The notes under the pieces: generated by a model
The model's input: the letters and a program-made list of their open reading frames with translations, nothing else
Databases searched by the model: none
What the model was told of the DNA's origin: nothing
Program-made: the position numbers and the translations under genes
Shown: positions 41,395 to 53,670 of the stretch, piece after piece
Numbering within the stretch: position 1 is the first letter of the stretch
How the letters are laid out: each line of letters starts with the position of its first letter
Assembly: GCA_963823035.1 (NCBI GenBank)
Contig: CAWGKG010000004.1
Coordinates: 436,081-500,080 of the forward strand
From: an uncultured Gemmatimonadales bacterium
GTDB taxonomy: Bacteria > Gemmatimonadota > Gemmatimonadetes > Longimicrobiales > Gaopeijiaceae
Length of the DNA: 64,000 nt
Direction of reading: 5' to 3'

Positions 41395-42300
41395 ATGCCT
41401 GAAATCGGTCCGCTCCACCCCCAGGTAGTCCACTTCGTGGTGGCGTCGCTGATCCTGGGTCTGCCCATCTACTGGCTGGGCTTTCTCAAGCGGCCGCGGT
41501 TCCTCCGCCCGATGGCCAGCGTCCTCCTGATCGTCGGAACGGTCGCGTCGATCGTGGCGGTGCGCTCCGGCACCGACGCGCACGGGGCGGCCGAGCGCAT
41601 CCCCGGGGCCCGATCCGCGGTGGAGGAGCACGAGGAGCTCGGGATCCTCACCCGGAACATCTTCGAGGGCATCCTCCTCATCGAGCTCATCGGGTTGGCC
41701 GTGGCCTGGAAGGCGGGCGGGGCCGGCTCCTCGGTCCTGTCCGTGGAGACGGGAGAGGCGCACGCGGCCGGAGCGTCCACCATGCGCTTCGCCTCGACGG
41801 CGCTGCGTCTCGTGGTCGCGGTGGCCTGGACGGTGGGCGCCTTCCAGCTCTACGAGGCCGCCGAGCACGGGGGTGAGCTCGTCTACAACTACGCGGGCGG
41901 GGTGGGCGTGCGCTCCGGGGATCCCGAGGACATGGGCCGGGTGCTCCTCGCCGGCCTCTACGGGGAGGCGCAGGTCGACCGTAGCGCCGGCCGCAACGAG
42001 GACGCCGCGCGGCTCATCGACGAGATGGTCCAGCGCTATCCCGACAACATGGACGTGCAACTCCTCGGCGTGGAATCGCTCGTCGGCGACACCAAGGACG
42101 GGCGGGCGGCTCTCGATCGGCTGGCCTCGCTGCAGCTCCCCGACGACCCGCGCACGGAGCTGCGCCGCCAGACCATCAAGTTCGACGCGTACATGCTGCT
42201 TGCCATGCCCGATTCCGCTCGGGCCGCGCTCGACGCGGTGCCCGAGCGCTACAGGGAGTCCCGCCCGGTCACGGAGCGCCGAAGCCGGCTGGGAGGCTGA
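41395..42300 (+). CDS. DUF2231-like membrane protein with TPR-like C-terminus
   Basis: LHPQVVHF, VEEHEELG, AEHGGELVYNYAGGVG; helical C-terminal extension. Confidence 0.75.
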   Translation: MPEIGPLHPQVVHFVVASLILGLPIYWLGFLKRPRFLRPMASVLLIVGTVASIVAVRSGTDAHGAAERIPGARSAVEEHEELGILTRNIFEGILLIELIGLAVAWKAGGAGSSVLSVETGEAHAAGASTMRFASTALRLVVAVAWTVGAFQLYEAAEHGGELVYNYAGGVGVRSGDPEDMGRVLLAGLYGEAQVDRSAGRNEDAARLIDEMVQRYPDNMDVQLLGVESLVGDTKDGRAALDRLASLQLPDDPRTELRRQTIKFDAYMLLAMPDSARAALDAVPERYRESRPVTERRSRLGG

Positions 42301-42328
42301 AGAACCGCGGCACGGTGCTTCGGCCTCC

Positions 42329-42709
42329 TCACTTCGGGGGCGGCACCCGCCCCGTCGTGTACTCGAGCAGCACCTCCCGCAAGATCGCCGTGAGGTAGTC
42401 GTCCCGCGGCCTCTCGGGGCGGGTGAGCCGGTCGAACGTCTCGTGGTCGAGCCAGACGCCCAGACACCCCGGGCACTGGTCGGCCTTGCCCTGGGCGGTG
42501 CGGATCTCCTCGAGGCGGCCGCCGCACTTGGGGCAGTGGTCCGCGTGGGCTTCGAGCCACCGGCGTCGTTCCTCGCGGGCGTGGCGCGCCTCCCGCTCGC
42601 GCGCCACCGCCATGCGGCTCTTGAACTCCTCGCGGTGGAAGTACTCCTCCTCGTTCCGGCTGGGCTTGCCCCACGGCTGGTGGGGGAGGCGATGGGTGAA
42701 CTCGGACAT
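42329..42709 (-). CDS. zf-TFIIB-like zinc-ribbon protein
   Basis: PSRNEEEYF, coiled region, CPKCGGRL..DQCPGCLGVWLD. GGAGG precedes the ATG. Confidence 0.85.
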   Translation of the reverse strand: MSEFTHRLPHQPWGKPSRNEEEYFHREEFKSRMAVAREREARHAREERRRWLEAHADHCPKCGGRLEEIRTAQGKADQCPGCLGVWLDHETFDRLTRPERPRDDYLTAILREVLLEYTTGRVPPPK

Positions 42710-42782
42710 GGGTCCTCCTGCGTCGTTCCGCGCGCACCCTTCCTACACCGCCGAGGGCCACGTCGTGCCCGGGAGCGGTCTC

Positions 42783-43631
42783 CTACAACGCGAAGACCCG
42801 CTTCGGGTTCTCGTACAGGACGGCCCGCAACGTGTCCTCGCGCAGCCCCATCTCGGCGAAGCCCTCGCGGTAGCGCTCCCAGCTCAGCCCGTTGGAGCCG
42901 AAGAGCACCTTCTGCGCCCCGACGCGCGACCGGAGGAAGGCGACGAGCGAGGGGGTGAAGTACTTCGGCAGCCAGGCGCTCACGGAGAGGTAGACGTTCG
43001 GCCACTTGGTGGTCACCGCGATGAGCTCGTCCACCCACGGCCACCCGGTGTGCGTGCCGATCAGCGTGAGGCCCGGGAAGTCGCAGGCGATGCGGTCGAT
43101 CTGGATCGGCCGACCGTGCTCGCTCGGCATCGCCTCGAGGACGTGGCCGACCTGCATGGACACGGGCACGCCCAACTCCTCGCAGCGGGCATAGAGCGGA
43201 TACATCTTCCGGTGGTCGAGCGGGATGTCGTAGCCGTAGATGTGGATGTACACGCCCTTGTAGCCGCGCTCGTTCACGTCCTCCTCGAGCTTGCGCAGGC
43301 TGCCGCGGATGTCGAAGGGGTCGTAGTCCGCGAGCCCGTACACGCGCCCCGGGTAGCGGCGGGTCAGCGCCGCGATCTCCGCGGTCATGTCCTTGGCGAA
43401 GCGCGTCTGGCGCGGATACGACCAGGCGAGGAGGTCCGTGGCCAGAACCGACTCGACGCCCGCCTCGTCCATGGCGGCCACGAGGGCGTCACCGTCCTCG
43501 TAGCCGTCGCCCCACGCGAGCTCGACCTTGCACTTGAGCTCTCCCGGGGAGTTCGTCGCCTGCACCCAGCTCTCCTTCCAGTCGCGGAGGAGAAGGGGGA
43601 AGAGCGTGTCGATGAACGGGACGTCCGCCAT
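42783..43631 (-). CDS. Amidohydrolase_2-family protein
   Basis: LVAAMDEAGV, YPGRVYGLA, MYPLYARCEELGVPV, FPGLTLIGTHTGWPW, PNVYL, KVLFGSN, ENPKRVF. Confidence 0.85.
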   Translation of the reverse strand: MADVPFIDTLFPLLLRDWKESWVQATNSPGELKCKVELAWGDGYEDGDALVAAMDEAGVESVLATDLLAWSYPRQTRFAKDMTAEIAALTRRYPGRVYGLADYDPFDIRGSLRKLEEDVNERGYKGVYIHIYGYDIPLDHRKMYPLYARCEELGVPVSMQVGHVLEAMPSEHGRPIQIDRIACDFPGLTLIGTHTGWPWVDELIAVTTKWPNVYLSVSAWLPKYFTPSLVAFLRSRVGAQKVLFGSNGLSWERYREGFAEMGLREDTLRAVLYENPKRVFAL

Positions 43632-43743
43632 GGTTGGAGCCTCCGTCGGATGGCCGGCCGCGGTTCCCCCCGAGCGGGGCTGGCTCGTCGGTGCGATCGG
43701 CGCTGCTTTCGTGCAACCTATGGAACTCGTTCCGCCTCCGGCC

Positions 43744-43760
43744 GTAGGGAAAATCCCGAT
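43744..43760. promoter_or_regulatory. Palindromic operator-like site
   Basis: GTAGGGAAAATCCCGAT between the divergent amidohydrolase and tyrS genes. Resembles the sites at 1727-1743 and 20001-20017. Confidence 0.45.
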
Positions 43761-43800
43761 ATCCGCGAGGGGGTTCGCGACCTCGGCCTACCGACGTCCC

Positions 43801-43828
43801 TTGACCGCGGGGCCCCGCGGCCTACCGT
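43801..43828 (+). promoter_or_regulatory. Sigma70-type promoter of tyrS (probably leaderless transcript)
   Basis: TTGACC-N16-TACCGT, 8 nt before ATG 43837; no SD sequence. Confidence 0.55.
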
Positions 43829-43836
43829 TCCAGCCC

Positions 43837-45117
43837 ATGACCTCGATCCTCGAAGAGCTGAGCTGGCGCGGGATGCTGTACGCCTCCACCGAGGGGGCGA
43901 AGGAGCACCTCGACGAGGCTCCGCGCACGGCCTACATCGGATTCGATCCCACGGCGGCGAGCCTGCACGTGGGCAGCCTCCTTCCCATCATGGGGCTGGT
44001 GCACCTCCAGCGGGCCGGGCACACGCCCATCGCGCTGGTGGGCGGCGGTACGGGTCTGATCGGCGACCCCTCCGGGAAGACCGCCGAGCGCCAGCTGCTC
44101 ACGAAGGAGGCCGCGGCCGAGAACGCGGAGGGGATCCGGGCCCAGCTCGAGCACTTCCTCGACTTCGACGCCAGGTCCAACGCCGCGCGCATGCGCAACA
44201 ACCTCGACTGGCTCGGGGGCCTGCCGCTCGTGGACTTCCTGCGCGACGTCGGCAAGCACTTCAGCGTGAACCAGCTGCTGGCGAAGGAGTCCGTGAAGCG
44301 CCGCCTCGAGGGCGAGGACGGCGGGATCTCGTTCACGGAGTTCAGCTACGCGCTGCTGCAGTCCTACGACTTCCTGGAGCTGTACCGCCGCGACGGCTGC
44401 ACCGTGCAGATGGGCGGCAGCGACCAGTGGGGCAACATCACGGCCGGCACGGACCTCATCCGCCGGATGGCGGGCGGCCGGGCGTACGGCGCCGTCTTCC
44501 CCCTCGTGACCAACGCGGCGGGTGCCAAGTTCGGGAAGTCGGAGGCCGGCGCGGTGTGGCTGGACCCCGCCCTGACGTCCCCGTATCGCTTCTACCAGTT
44601 CTGGGTGAACGTCGACGACGCCGACATCGGTCGCTACCTACGCTTCTTCTCGCTGCTCCCGCGCGCCGAGATCGAGGCGCTGGAGGAAGCCGTGCGCACC
44701 GAGCCTCAGGCGCGTGCGGCGCAGAAGGCGCTCGCCGAGGAGGTCACGCGCCGGCTCCACGGCGAGACCGGACTGGCGAAGGCCGTGCAGGCCACGGGCG
44801 TGCTCTTCGGAGGCGAGATCGAGGGGCTGGCCGCCGACGAGGTGGCGGACATCTTCGCGGACGTGCCCTCCTCGAGCATCGCCCGGCACGCCCTCGCCGG
44901 CGAGGGGATGTCGATGGTGGATCTGCTCGCGGAGACGGGGGTTGCGTCGTCCAAGGGGGACGCACGCCGCTCCATCGAGGGAGGCGGAATCTACCTCAAC
45001 AACCTCCGGGTCACCGACGCGGCCCAGAGCGTGCGTGCGGACGCCCTGATCGAGGGCCGATTCCTGGTGCTCCGTAAAGGGAAGAAGAGCTACCACCTCG
45101 TGGCCGTGGCCGGCTGA
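43837..45117 (+). CDS. tyrS: Tyrosine--tRNA ligase
   Basis: YIGFDPTAASLHVGS, IGDPSGK, QMGGSDQWGNI, KFGKS, TSPYRFYQFW, C-terminal S4 domain LRKGKK. Confidence 0.97.
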   Translation: MTSILEELSWRGMLYASTEGAKEHLDEAPRTAYIGFDPTAASLHVGSLLPIMGLVHLQRAGHTPIALVGGGTGLIGDPSGKTAERQLLTKEAAAENAEGIRAQLEHFLDFDARSNAARMRNNLDWLGGLPLVDFLRDVGKHFSVNQLLAKESVKRRLEGEDGGISFTEFSYALLQSYDFLELYRRDGCTVQMGGSDQWGNITAGTDLIRRMAGGRAYGAVFPLVTNAAGAKFGKSEAGAVWLDPALTSPYRFYQFWVNVDDADIGRYLRFFSLLPRAEIEALEEAVRTEPQARAAQKALAEEVTRRLHGETGLAKAVQATGVLFGGEIEGLAADEVADIFADVPSSSIARHALAGEGMSMVDLLAETGVASSKGDARRSIEGGGIYLNNLRVTDAAQSVRADALIEGRFLVLRKGKKSYHLVAVAG

Positions 45118-45123
45118 CGACAG

Positions 45124-45150
45124 AAAAGGGGGTCCCTGGGGACCCCCTTT
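45124..45150. terminator. Intrinsic (likely bidirectional) terminator
   Basis: AAAAGGGGGTCCC-TG-GGGACCCCCTTT hairpin between convergent genes. Confidence 0.85.
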
Positions 45151-45181
45151 GCCGTGCGGCAACCGATGAAAGGGCTCCGGT

Positions 45182-46198
45182 CTAGAACACCACCTGCCAA
45201 CCCGCCACGATTCCCCAACTCGCGCCGAGCTGAGGCCCGTCGTACTGCTGGTGCGCCGGGAAGATGAACTCCAGCGCCAGGCGGTGGCCCGCGAAGCGTG
45301 ATCCTTCCGGAAGGTAGAGGTTGATGCCCACCGGGACGTCGAGCCGCTCCCCGGCGAGGAAGTACGCGTCGTTGCCCGGGTCACGGGACATGTCCAACGC
45401 CGGGTCTGCGCCGTCGATGCCGCCCCACTTGAGATAGTGCGCGCGGGCGGAGATCGAGAAGAACTTGTTCATCCGGTAGGCGGCCCAGGCGTTCCCCTCG
45501 TACTGGTTGCCGAGCCCGTAGTCGAGCGAGTTCGTGCCGAACCGCAGGAGGCCCGTGAACTGCACCCCGACGGTGCCGAACTCGTTCTGAGCCTCGATGG
45601 TCATTCCGGGCTCCACGCCAAACGTCCCGGCACCGGGGCGCATGTCGTAGGGCAGCGCCTCCTTGCCGGGCGTGGAGAACGGCGTCTCCGCCTGGACGTC
45701 GGAGGTCCCCGTGGGAATCAGCGCCCCGACCTGCAGGTGCGCGCGGTAGGGCCCCTCTTCGAACGCCTTGTAGAGCGCGGTGACCCGAAGGTCCCCGAGA
45801 TCGTTGGCGTCCGTGACGTAGAACAGGCCACCCTCGGTGAGCTGCTCACGGCGTCGCTGCGAATAGCCGATGTCGCCCACGAGCGTGAGGTTCTCGCTGA
45901 ACCCGTAGGCTATGGTGACCTCGTGCGTCATGTTCGCGAGCGACAGCGGCGCGACCGGATAGGAGTCGAGCGTCTGGTCCACCGTCAGGGAGTCGTTCTG
46001 GAACCAGACCCCCTTCGAGTCCATCTGCGTGAAGCGGTAGGTGAATTGGATCTGACCCGCGTCGAGCAACCGCCCGGCGTTGATCCCGATCGGCGGCTGG
46101 GCGTCGGGACGCTTCGACGTCCACACGATTTCATCCTGTGCCGCCAGCGGGGACGCGACGGCGAGCAGGACGGCGATGAGCAAGCTCTTCCGACCCAT
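45182..46198 (-). CDS. Outer-membrane beta-barrel 'transporter' (MetA-pathway-of-phenol-degradation-like)
   Basis: Signal peptide; RPDAQPPIGI, GDLRV, PYDMRPGAGT, YGLGN; amphipathic strands; C-terminal WQVVF. Confidence 0.75.
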   Translation of the reverse strand: MGRKSLLIAVLLAVASPLAAQDEIVWTSKRPDAQPPIGINAGRLLDAGQIQFTYRFTQMDSKGVWFQNDSLTVDQTLDSYPVAPLSLANMTHEVTIAYGFSENLTLVGDIGYSQRRREQLTEGGLFYVTDANDLGDLRVTALYKAFEEGPYRAHLQVGALIPTGTSDVQAETPFSTPGKEALPYDMRPGAGTFGVEPGMTIEAQNEFGTVGVQFTGLLRFGTNSLDYGLGNQYEGNAWAAYRMNKFFSISARAHYLKWGGIDGADPALDMSRDPGNDAYFLAGERLDVPVGINLYLPEGSRFAGHRLALEFIFPAHQQYDGPQLGASWGIVAGWQVVF

Positions 46199-46355
46199 GG
46201 AAAACTTTCCTCCGACTCGGTATGCGGCCGGACGGACCGGCCCCCAGCGTTCCGATCACCAAGATGCCCTGTCGCCGCAGGAGAAAACAAGTGTTTCTTG
46301 CTCCGTGGTGCTCGGGAGCACTCCGTCGAAGGCGATCCAGGCGGGGAGGATGAGT

Positions 46356-46371
46356 TGCAAGCCCCGGGCCA
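46356..46371 (-). promoter_or_regulatory. Candidate sigma-54 promoter
   Basis: Minus strand TGGCCCGGGGCTTGCA, with exact GG-N10-GC spacing, upstream of the beta-barrel gene. Confidence 0.55.
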
Positions 46372-46409
46372 TCCGCGGCGTGCCGGCCGTCGACCGGGAA
46401 GGCCGGACC

Positions 46410-48717
46410 TCAATCCCCGTCGGCGAGGCCCGCGGGAGCGGCGAGCACCGCGTCGGGGATCCCGAATGCGTCCACCAGGAAGGGGGCGCACGTCGCGCAC
46501 GTCGGAGCAGAGCGCGTTCACCTGGTGGCGGATCGCGCGCGATTTCGCCGGCTCGAGGTACCCGGCTTCGAGGTACCACCCCCGATGCGCCTCGATCCTG
46601 GAGAGGCCGTGGAGCGAGGTGAGCGTGCGCAGCATCTCCGACAGGCCGGGCGTGGGTGCCCGTGCGACGCCGTCCTCCAGGGCCTCGAAGACGATCCGCT
46701 CGGCGTGGGCGCGGGCGAGCGCCACGAGGTGGTCCTGACAGGCGTCGATGGCCCGGAACGAGTCCAGCCCCTCGTCCAGGCGGCGCTTCAGGCGCTGCGC
46801 CACGGAGCGGAGCAGCCGTTCCTCGCGGTAGAGGAGCGCCCCGTGCTGGAAATCCGGATCGCGCAGGTGCTCCTCGTCGGTGCGCCGCGTCACCAGCGGA
46901 TTGAGGGAGACGAGCGTCTCGCCGGCCCGATCGGCCAGGTAGCGCACCATCCCCCAGAGGCGCAGGTCACCCATGTCGTGCCGGAAGCGGAGCAGCAGCC
47001 CCTTGGCCACCAGCTGGAGGAGGACCGCGTTGGCGCCCTCGAAGGTGGTGAAGACGTCCGTGTCCGCCTTGAGCGCGCCGAAGCGGTTCGCGGCCAGGTA
47101 GCCCACCCCGCCGCACGCCTCGCGGCAGGCCTGCAGCGTGGCGACGCATCGATCGGAGGCGTAGGCCTTGAGGGCGGCGGCGCGCACCTCGAGCTCGGCC
47201 CCCTCTTCGTCCGAAGCCGAGGGTACGTGCCGCACCAGGTCGCGCACGGCGAGGTGAAGCCCGTAGGTGGTGGCGAGCGCGGGCATGAGCGCGCGCTGGA
47301 TCATCCGATGGTCGAGGAGCGGGACCTCTTGCTCACCCTCCGGTCCGAACTGGCGCCGCCGTCCGCCGTGACGCACCGCGATGGTCAGCCCGACCTTGGC
47401 CGCGCTCACCGAGGCGGCGGCGATGCTGATCCTCCCCATCACGAGCGTGCCGAGCATCGTGAAGAAGCGCTTCCCGGAGCTCGGGATCGGGCTGTGGTAC
47501 CGTCCCGCTTCGTCGATGGCGCCGAAGCGGTCGAGCAGGTTGGTGCGGGGAACGCGCACGGCGTCGAACCAGATGCGCCCGTTGTCGACGCCGTTGAGGC
47601 CCTCCTTGAGTCCCCGGTCCTCGATGCGCACCCCGCGGAGCGGTCTGCCGTCATCGTCGCGCAGGGGCACGAGCAGGGCGTGGACGCCGTGGTCCTCCCC
47701 GCCCACGTGCAGGCGCGCGAACACGGTCGCGATGCGGCCGTCGCGCGCGGCATTGCCGATCCAGTCCTTCCCCGCGTCCGGGTGCGGCGTATGGACCACG
47801 AGCTCGTCGCTCTCGGCGTCGTACGTGGCCGTCGTCTCCAGCTCCCGCACGTTGGAGCCGTGACCCGTCTCCGTCATCGCGTAGCAGCCCGGAAGCTCGA
47901 GCGAGGCGATGCGGCGCAGGTAGCGCTCGTGGTGCGCGCCGGTCCCGAGCTGGAGGACGCTTCCCCCGAAGAGGCCGAACTGGACGCCGTACTTCACCAT
48001 CAGGCTCAGATCCCCGTAGCCGAGCGTCTCGAACACGGCGACGCTCGCGGACGGGTCGCCGCGGCCACCGTACGCCTCGGGGTGGGCGATCGCGCCGTAT
48101 CCACGCGCCGCCAGGTGCCGCAGCGCGGCGAGGGTGCGCGTCCGGTGCTCGTCCATCGACAGCCCTGGAGGGATGCGGAGCGGCTCGCGCCCCATCTCGT
48201 TCAGCAGCTCGTCGCGCAACGCGCGGTGGTCCTGGTCGAGAAGGCCGCGCAACGTAGCCGCGTCGAACGCCGCCGCGGGAGGGCGCGGACGCGCCGGCGG
48301 CCCCGCCCCCAGCACGCGGCGCGCGGCATCCGTTCCGACCACGCCCAGGGCGGCTTCGAGAGCGCGCAGGTCCTCCGCAGCGCCGCCCCTGGAGAACACG
48401 TCGGACCCGGCGGCGTGGGCGAGCGCGAGCCCGAGATCGGTGAGCGAGCGGGTGGCCACGGCCACGTCCTTCGGCGCCAGGGCCCGTGCGCGGCGCGCCA
48501 GCGCGGCCACCTCGGTGGCGGAGGGAGGCGAGCCGGCGTCCAGCCAGGGAAGCAGCTCGGCCCGGGCGTCGGCGTCCAGCCAGCGCTGGTCCTGGACCCA
48601 GCCGAGCAGCGCGCTCATCTCGGTGGGCAGGAGCATGCCGTCCGCCCACGCCGTGTAGACGATCGGAAGGACGCCGAGCAGCTCCGGGCGATCGGGCCAC
48701 CTCTTCGAGGAAGGCAT
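46410..48717 (-). CDS. Acyl-CoA oxidase/dehydrogenase with N-terminal extension (frameshift ~46490)
   Basis: [57 protein letters not shown]. Rebuilt end ...[22 protein letters not shown]. Confidence 0.9.
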
Positions 48718-48884
48718 CTGCGGGGTTCCGGGATCGGGGTTCACGTTGCCTGCGGGGCTGCCGGGGGGGTCACGCGGATCGCCTTTCTCGAGAGGGGGGC
48801 CTCACGCTCCTGAGAACCCTTGACCCCCCGTCCGGGTTCGCGCAACGTCACCGTCTCTCCGCGACCCGAGGCACACGAGGAAGC

Positions 48885-49376
48885 ATGGCTCAACCCCTGG
48901 TAGGCGTCATCATGGGCTCCCGCTCCGACTGGGAGACCATGTCGCACGCGGTGGACACGCTCGAAGCGTTGGGCGTGCCCCACGAGGTGCGGGTGGTCTC
49001 GGCCCACCGCACGCCCGACCTGCTCTTCGAGTACGCGTCCTCGGCGGAGGAGCGCGGGCTCGAGGTGATCATCGCGGGCGCGGGCGGAGCCGCCCACCTC
49101 CCCGGGATGGTGGCCTCCAAGACCGTCCTCCCCGTGCTCGGCGTCCCGGTGCAGAGCCGGGCGCTCAACGGCCTCGACTCGCTCCTGTCGATCGTGCAGA
49201 TGCCGGGTGGCATCCCAGTGGGGACGCTGGCGATCGGCAAGGCCGGCGCGATCAACGCGGCGCTCCTCGCGGCCGCGACGCTGGGCGCGGCGCACGCGGA
49301 GGTCCGGGAGGCGCTGCGCCGCTACCGGGCGGATCGTACGCAGGCCGTGCTGGACGACCCCGACCCGCGCCGCTGA
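48885..49376 (+). CDS. purE: N5-CAIR mutase
   Basis: [49 protein letters not shown]. Confidence 0.97.
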   Translation: MAQPLVGVIMGSRSDWETMSHAVDTLEALGVPHEVRVVSAHRTPDLLFEYASSAEERGLEVIIAGAGGAAHLPGMVASKTVLPVLGVPVQSRALNGLDSLLSIVQMPGGIPVGTLAIGKAGAINAALLAAATLGAAHAEVREALRRYRADRTQAVLDDPDPRR

Positions 49377-50483
49377 GTGGCCGCGCCCGCGAAGAAGGTC
49401 GGCATCCTGGGAGGCGGGCAGCTCGGGCGCATGCTCGCGCTGGAGGGCCGCCGCCTCGGCATGCGCTTCCGCTTCCTGGAGCCCAAGCAGCCCGCCCCGG
49501 TGGACGACCTCGGCGAAGTGGTGCGCGCCCCCTACGACGACATGGACGCGCTCGACGCCTTCGCCGACGGATTGGACGTCGTCACCTACGAGTTCGAGAA
49601 CGTCCCCGTGGACTCGGCGCTCCATCTGGCCGAGCGCCTCCCCGTCCACCCCTCTCCCTCCGCGCTCGCGGTGGCGCAGGACCGCATCGTCGAGAAGGAG
49701 GCCTTCGTCGAGGCGGGGATCCCGACGGCGCCCTTCCGCGGAGCCGACTCCCCCGAGGCGCTGGAGGCCGCGCTGGACGAGATCGGCCTACCCGCGGTGC
49801 TGAAGACCACGCGCTTCGGGTACGACGGGAAGGGACAGGCCGTCCTGCGCTCCCCGGAGGACGTGGAGGGGATCTGGGAGGACCTGGGCGGCGTGCCCCT
49901 CCTCGTGGAGGGCTTCGTCCCGTTCCGGCGGGAGCTGTCGATCGTGGCGGTGCGGGCCGTGGACGGGAGCTGCGCGTTCTATCCGCTGATCCAGAACGAG
50001 CACCGCGAGGGCATCCTGTGGCGGTCCACCGCACCGGCGCCCGACGTGCCGGCCTGGCTGCAGGCCCGCGCCGAGGACCACGCACGCCACCTCCTCGAGC
50101 GGCACGACTACGTCGGGGTGCTGGCCGTCGAGCTGTTCGACGTCGGCGACGACCTCGTGGCCAACGAGATGGCACCGCGCGTCCACAACTCCGGGCACTG
50201 GACGCTGGATGGGGCCGTGACCAGCCAGTTCGAGAACCACGTGCGCGCGGTGTGCGGCCTGCCGCTCGGCAGCACGGCCACGCGCGGTCCGTCGGCCATG
50301 CTCAATTTCCTGGGAGACGTGCCTCCGCTCGCGGACGTTCTGCGCGTACCCTGCGCCCATGTCTACCTCTACGACAAGTCACCTCGTCCGGGGCGTAAGG
50401 TGGGACATGTCAACGTGACCGGGGCGGATGCCGGCGCGGTCGCGGCCACGCTCGCGCGGCTGGAGTCGCTGAGGCCAGGCTGA
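49377..50483 (+). CDS. purK: N5-CAIR synthetase
   Basis: GILGGGQLGRML, VTYEFENV, GYDGKGQ, NEMAPRVHNSGHWT, RKVGH. Confidence 0.97.
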   Translation: MAAPAKKVGILGGGQLGRMLALEGRRLGMRFRFLEPKQPAPVDDLGEVVRAPYDDMDALDAFADGLDVVTYEFENVPVDSALHLAERLPVHPSPSALAVAQDRIVEKEAFVEAGIPTAPFRGADSPEALEAALDEIGLPAVLKTTRFGYDGKGQAVLRSPEDVEGIWEDLGGVPLLVEGFVPFRRELSIVAVRAVDGSCAFYPLIQNEHREGILWRSTAPAPDVPAWLQARAEDHARHLLERHDYVGVLAVELFDVGDDLVANEMAPRVHNSGHWTLDGAVTSQFENHVRAVCGLPLGSTATRGPSAMLNFLGDVPPLADVLRVPCAHVYLYDKSPRPGRKVGHVNVTGADAGAVAATLARLESLRPG

Positions 50484-50524
50484 GCGGAGGCAGCGGCGCC
50501 GAGGCGCGCCGCCAGAGCCACCCC

Positions 50525-50554
50525 TGAAACGCCCGCGGCCGGCCCGTCGTACTG
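50525..50554 (+). promoter_or_regulatory. ECF (SigW-like) promoter candidate upstream of padR-ADOP
   Basis: TGAAAC-N17-CGTACTG; a near-identical element lies at 61993-62023. Confidence 0.5.
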
Positions 50555-50596
50555 CAATCATACAAAGTCGTCATGGGCCGGCACGACGGAGGGGAC

Positions 50597-50925
50597 ATGG
50601 GGGATCGCGGGTTCCTGGGCGAGTTCGAGCAGATGATCCTCCTGGCCGCGTTGCGGCTCGGCGGCGACGCATACGGCGTGCGGCTCATGGAGGAGCTGGA
50701 GTCGACGGTCGGCCGGCGGGTGTCGCGAGGCTCCGTCTACGTCACGCTCGACCGACTCGAGGAGAAGGGGTGGCTCGTGTCCTCGCACGCCGAGGCCGGG
50801 TCGGAGCGCGGTGGCCGGCCGCGTCGGGTCGTGCGCGTGACCGACGAGGGAAGGGAGCAGTTGCGGCGCTCCCGTGAGGCGCTGCTCGCGCTGTGGGACG
50901 GGGTGGAAGACGCGCTGGAGACGCC

Positions 50926-50929
<4 letters not shown>
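50597..50929 (+). CDS. PadR-family transcriptional regulator
   Basis: LGEFEQMILLA, AYGV, GSVYVTLDRLEEKG, RGGRPRR..VTDEG. GGAGGGG SD. Confidence 0.93.
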
Positions 50930-53661
<2,732 letters not shown>

Positions 53662-53670
53662 GCCCCGGCG

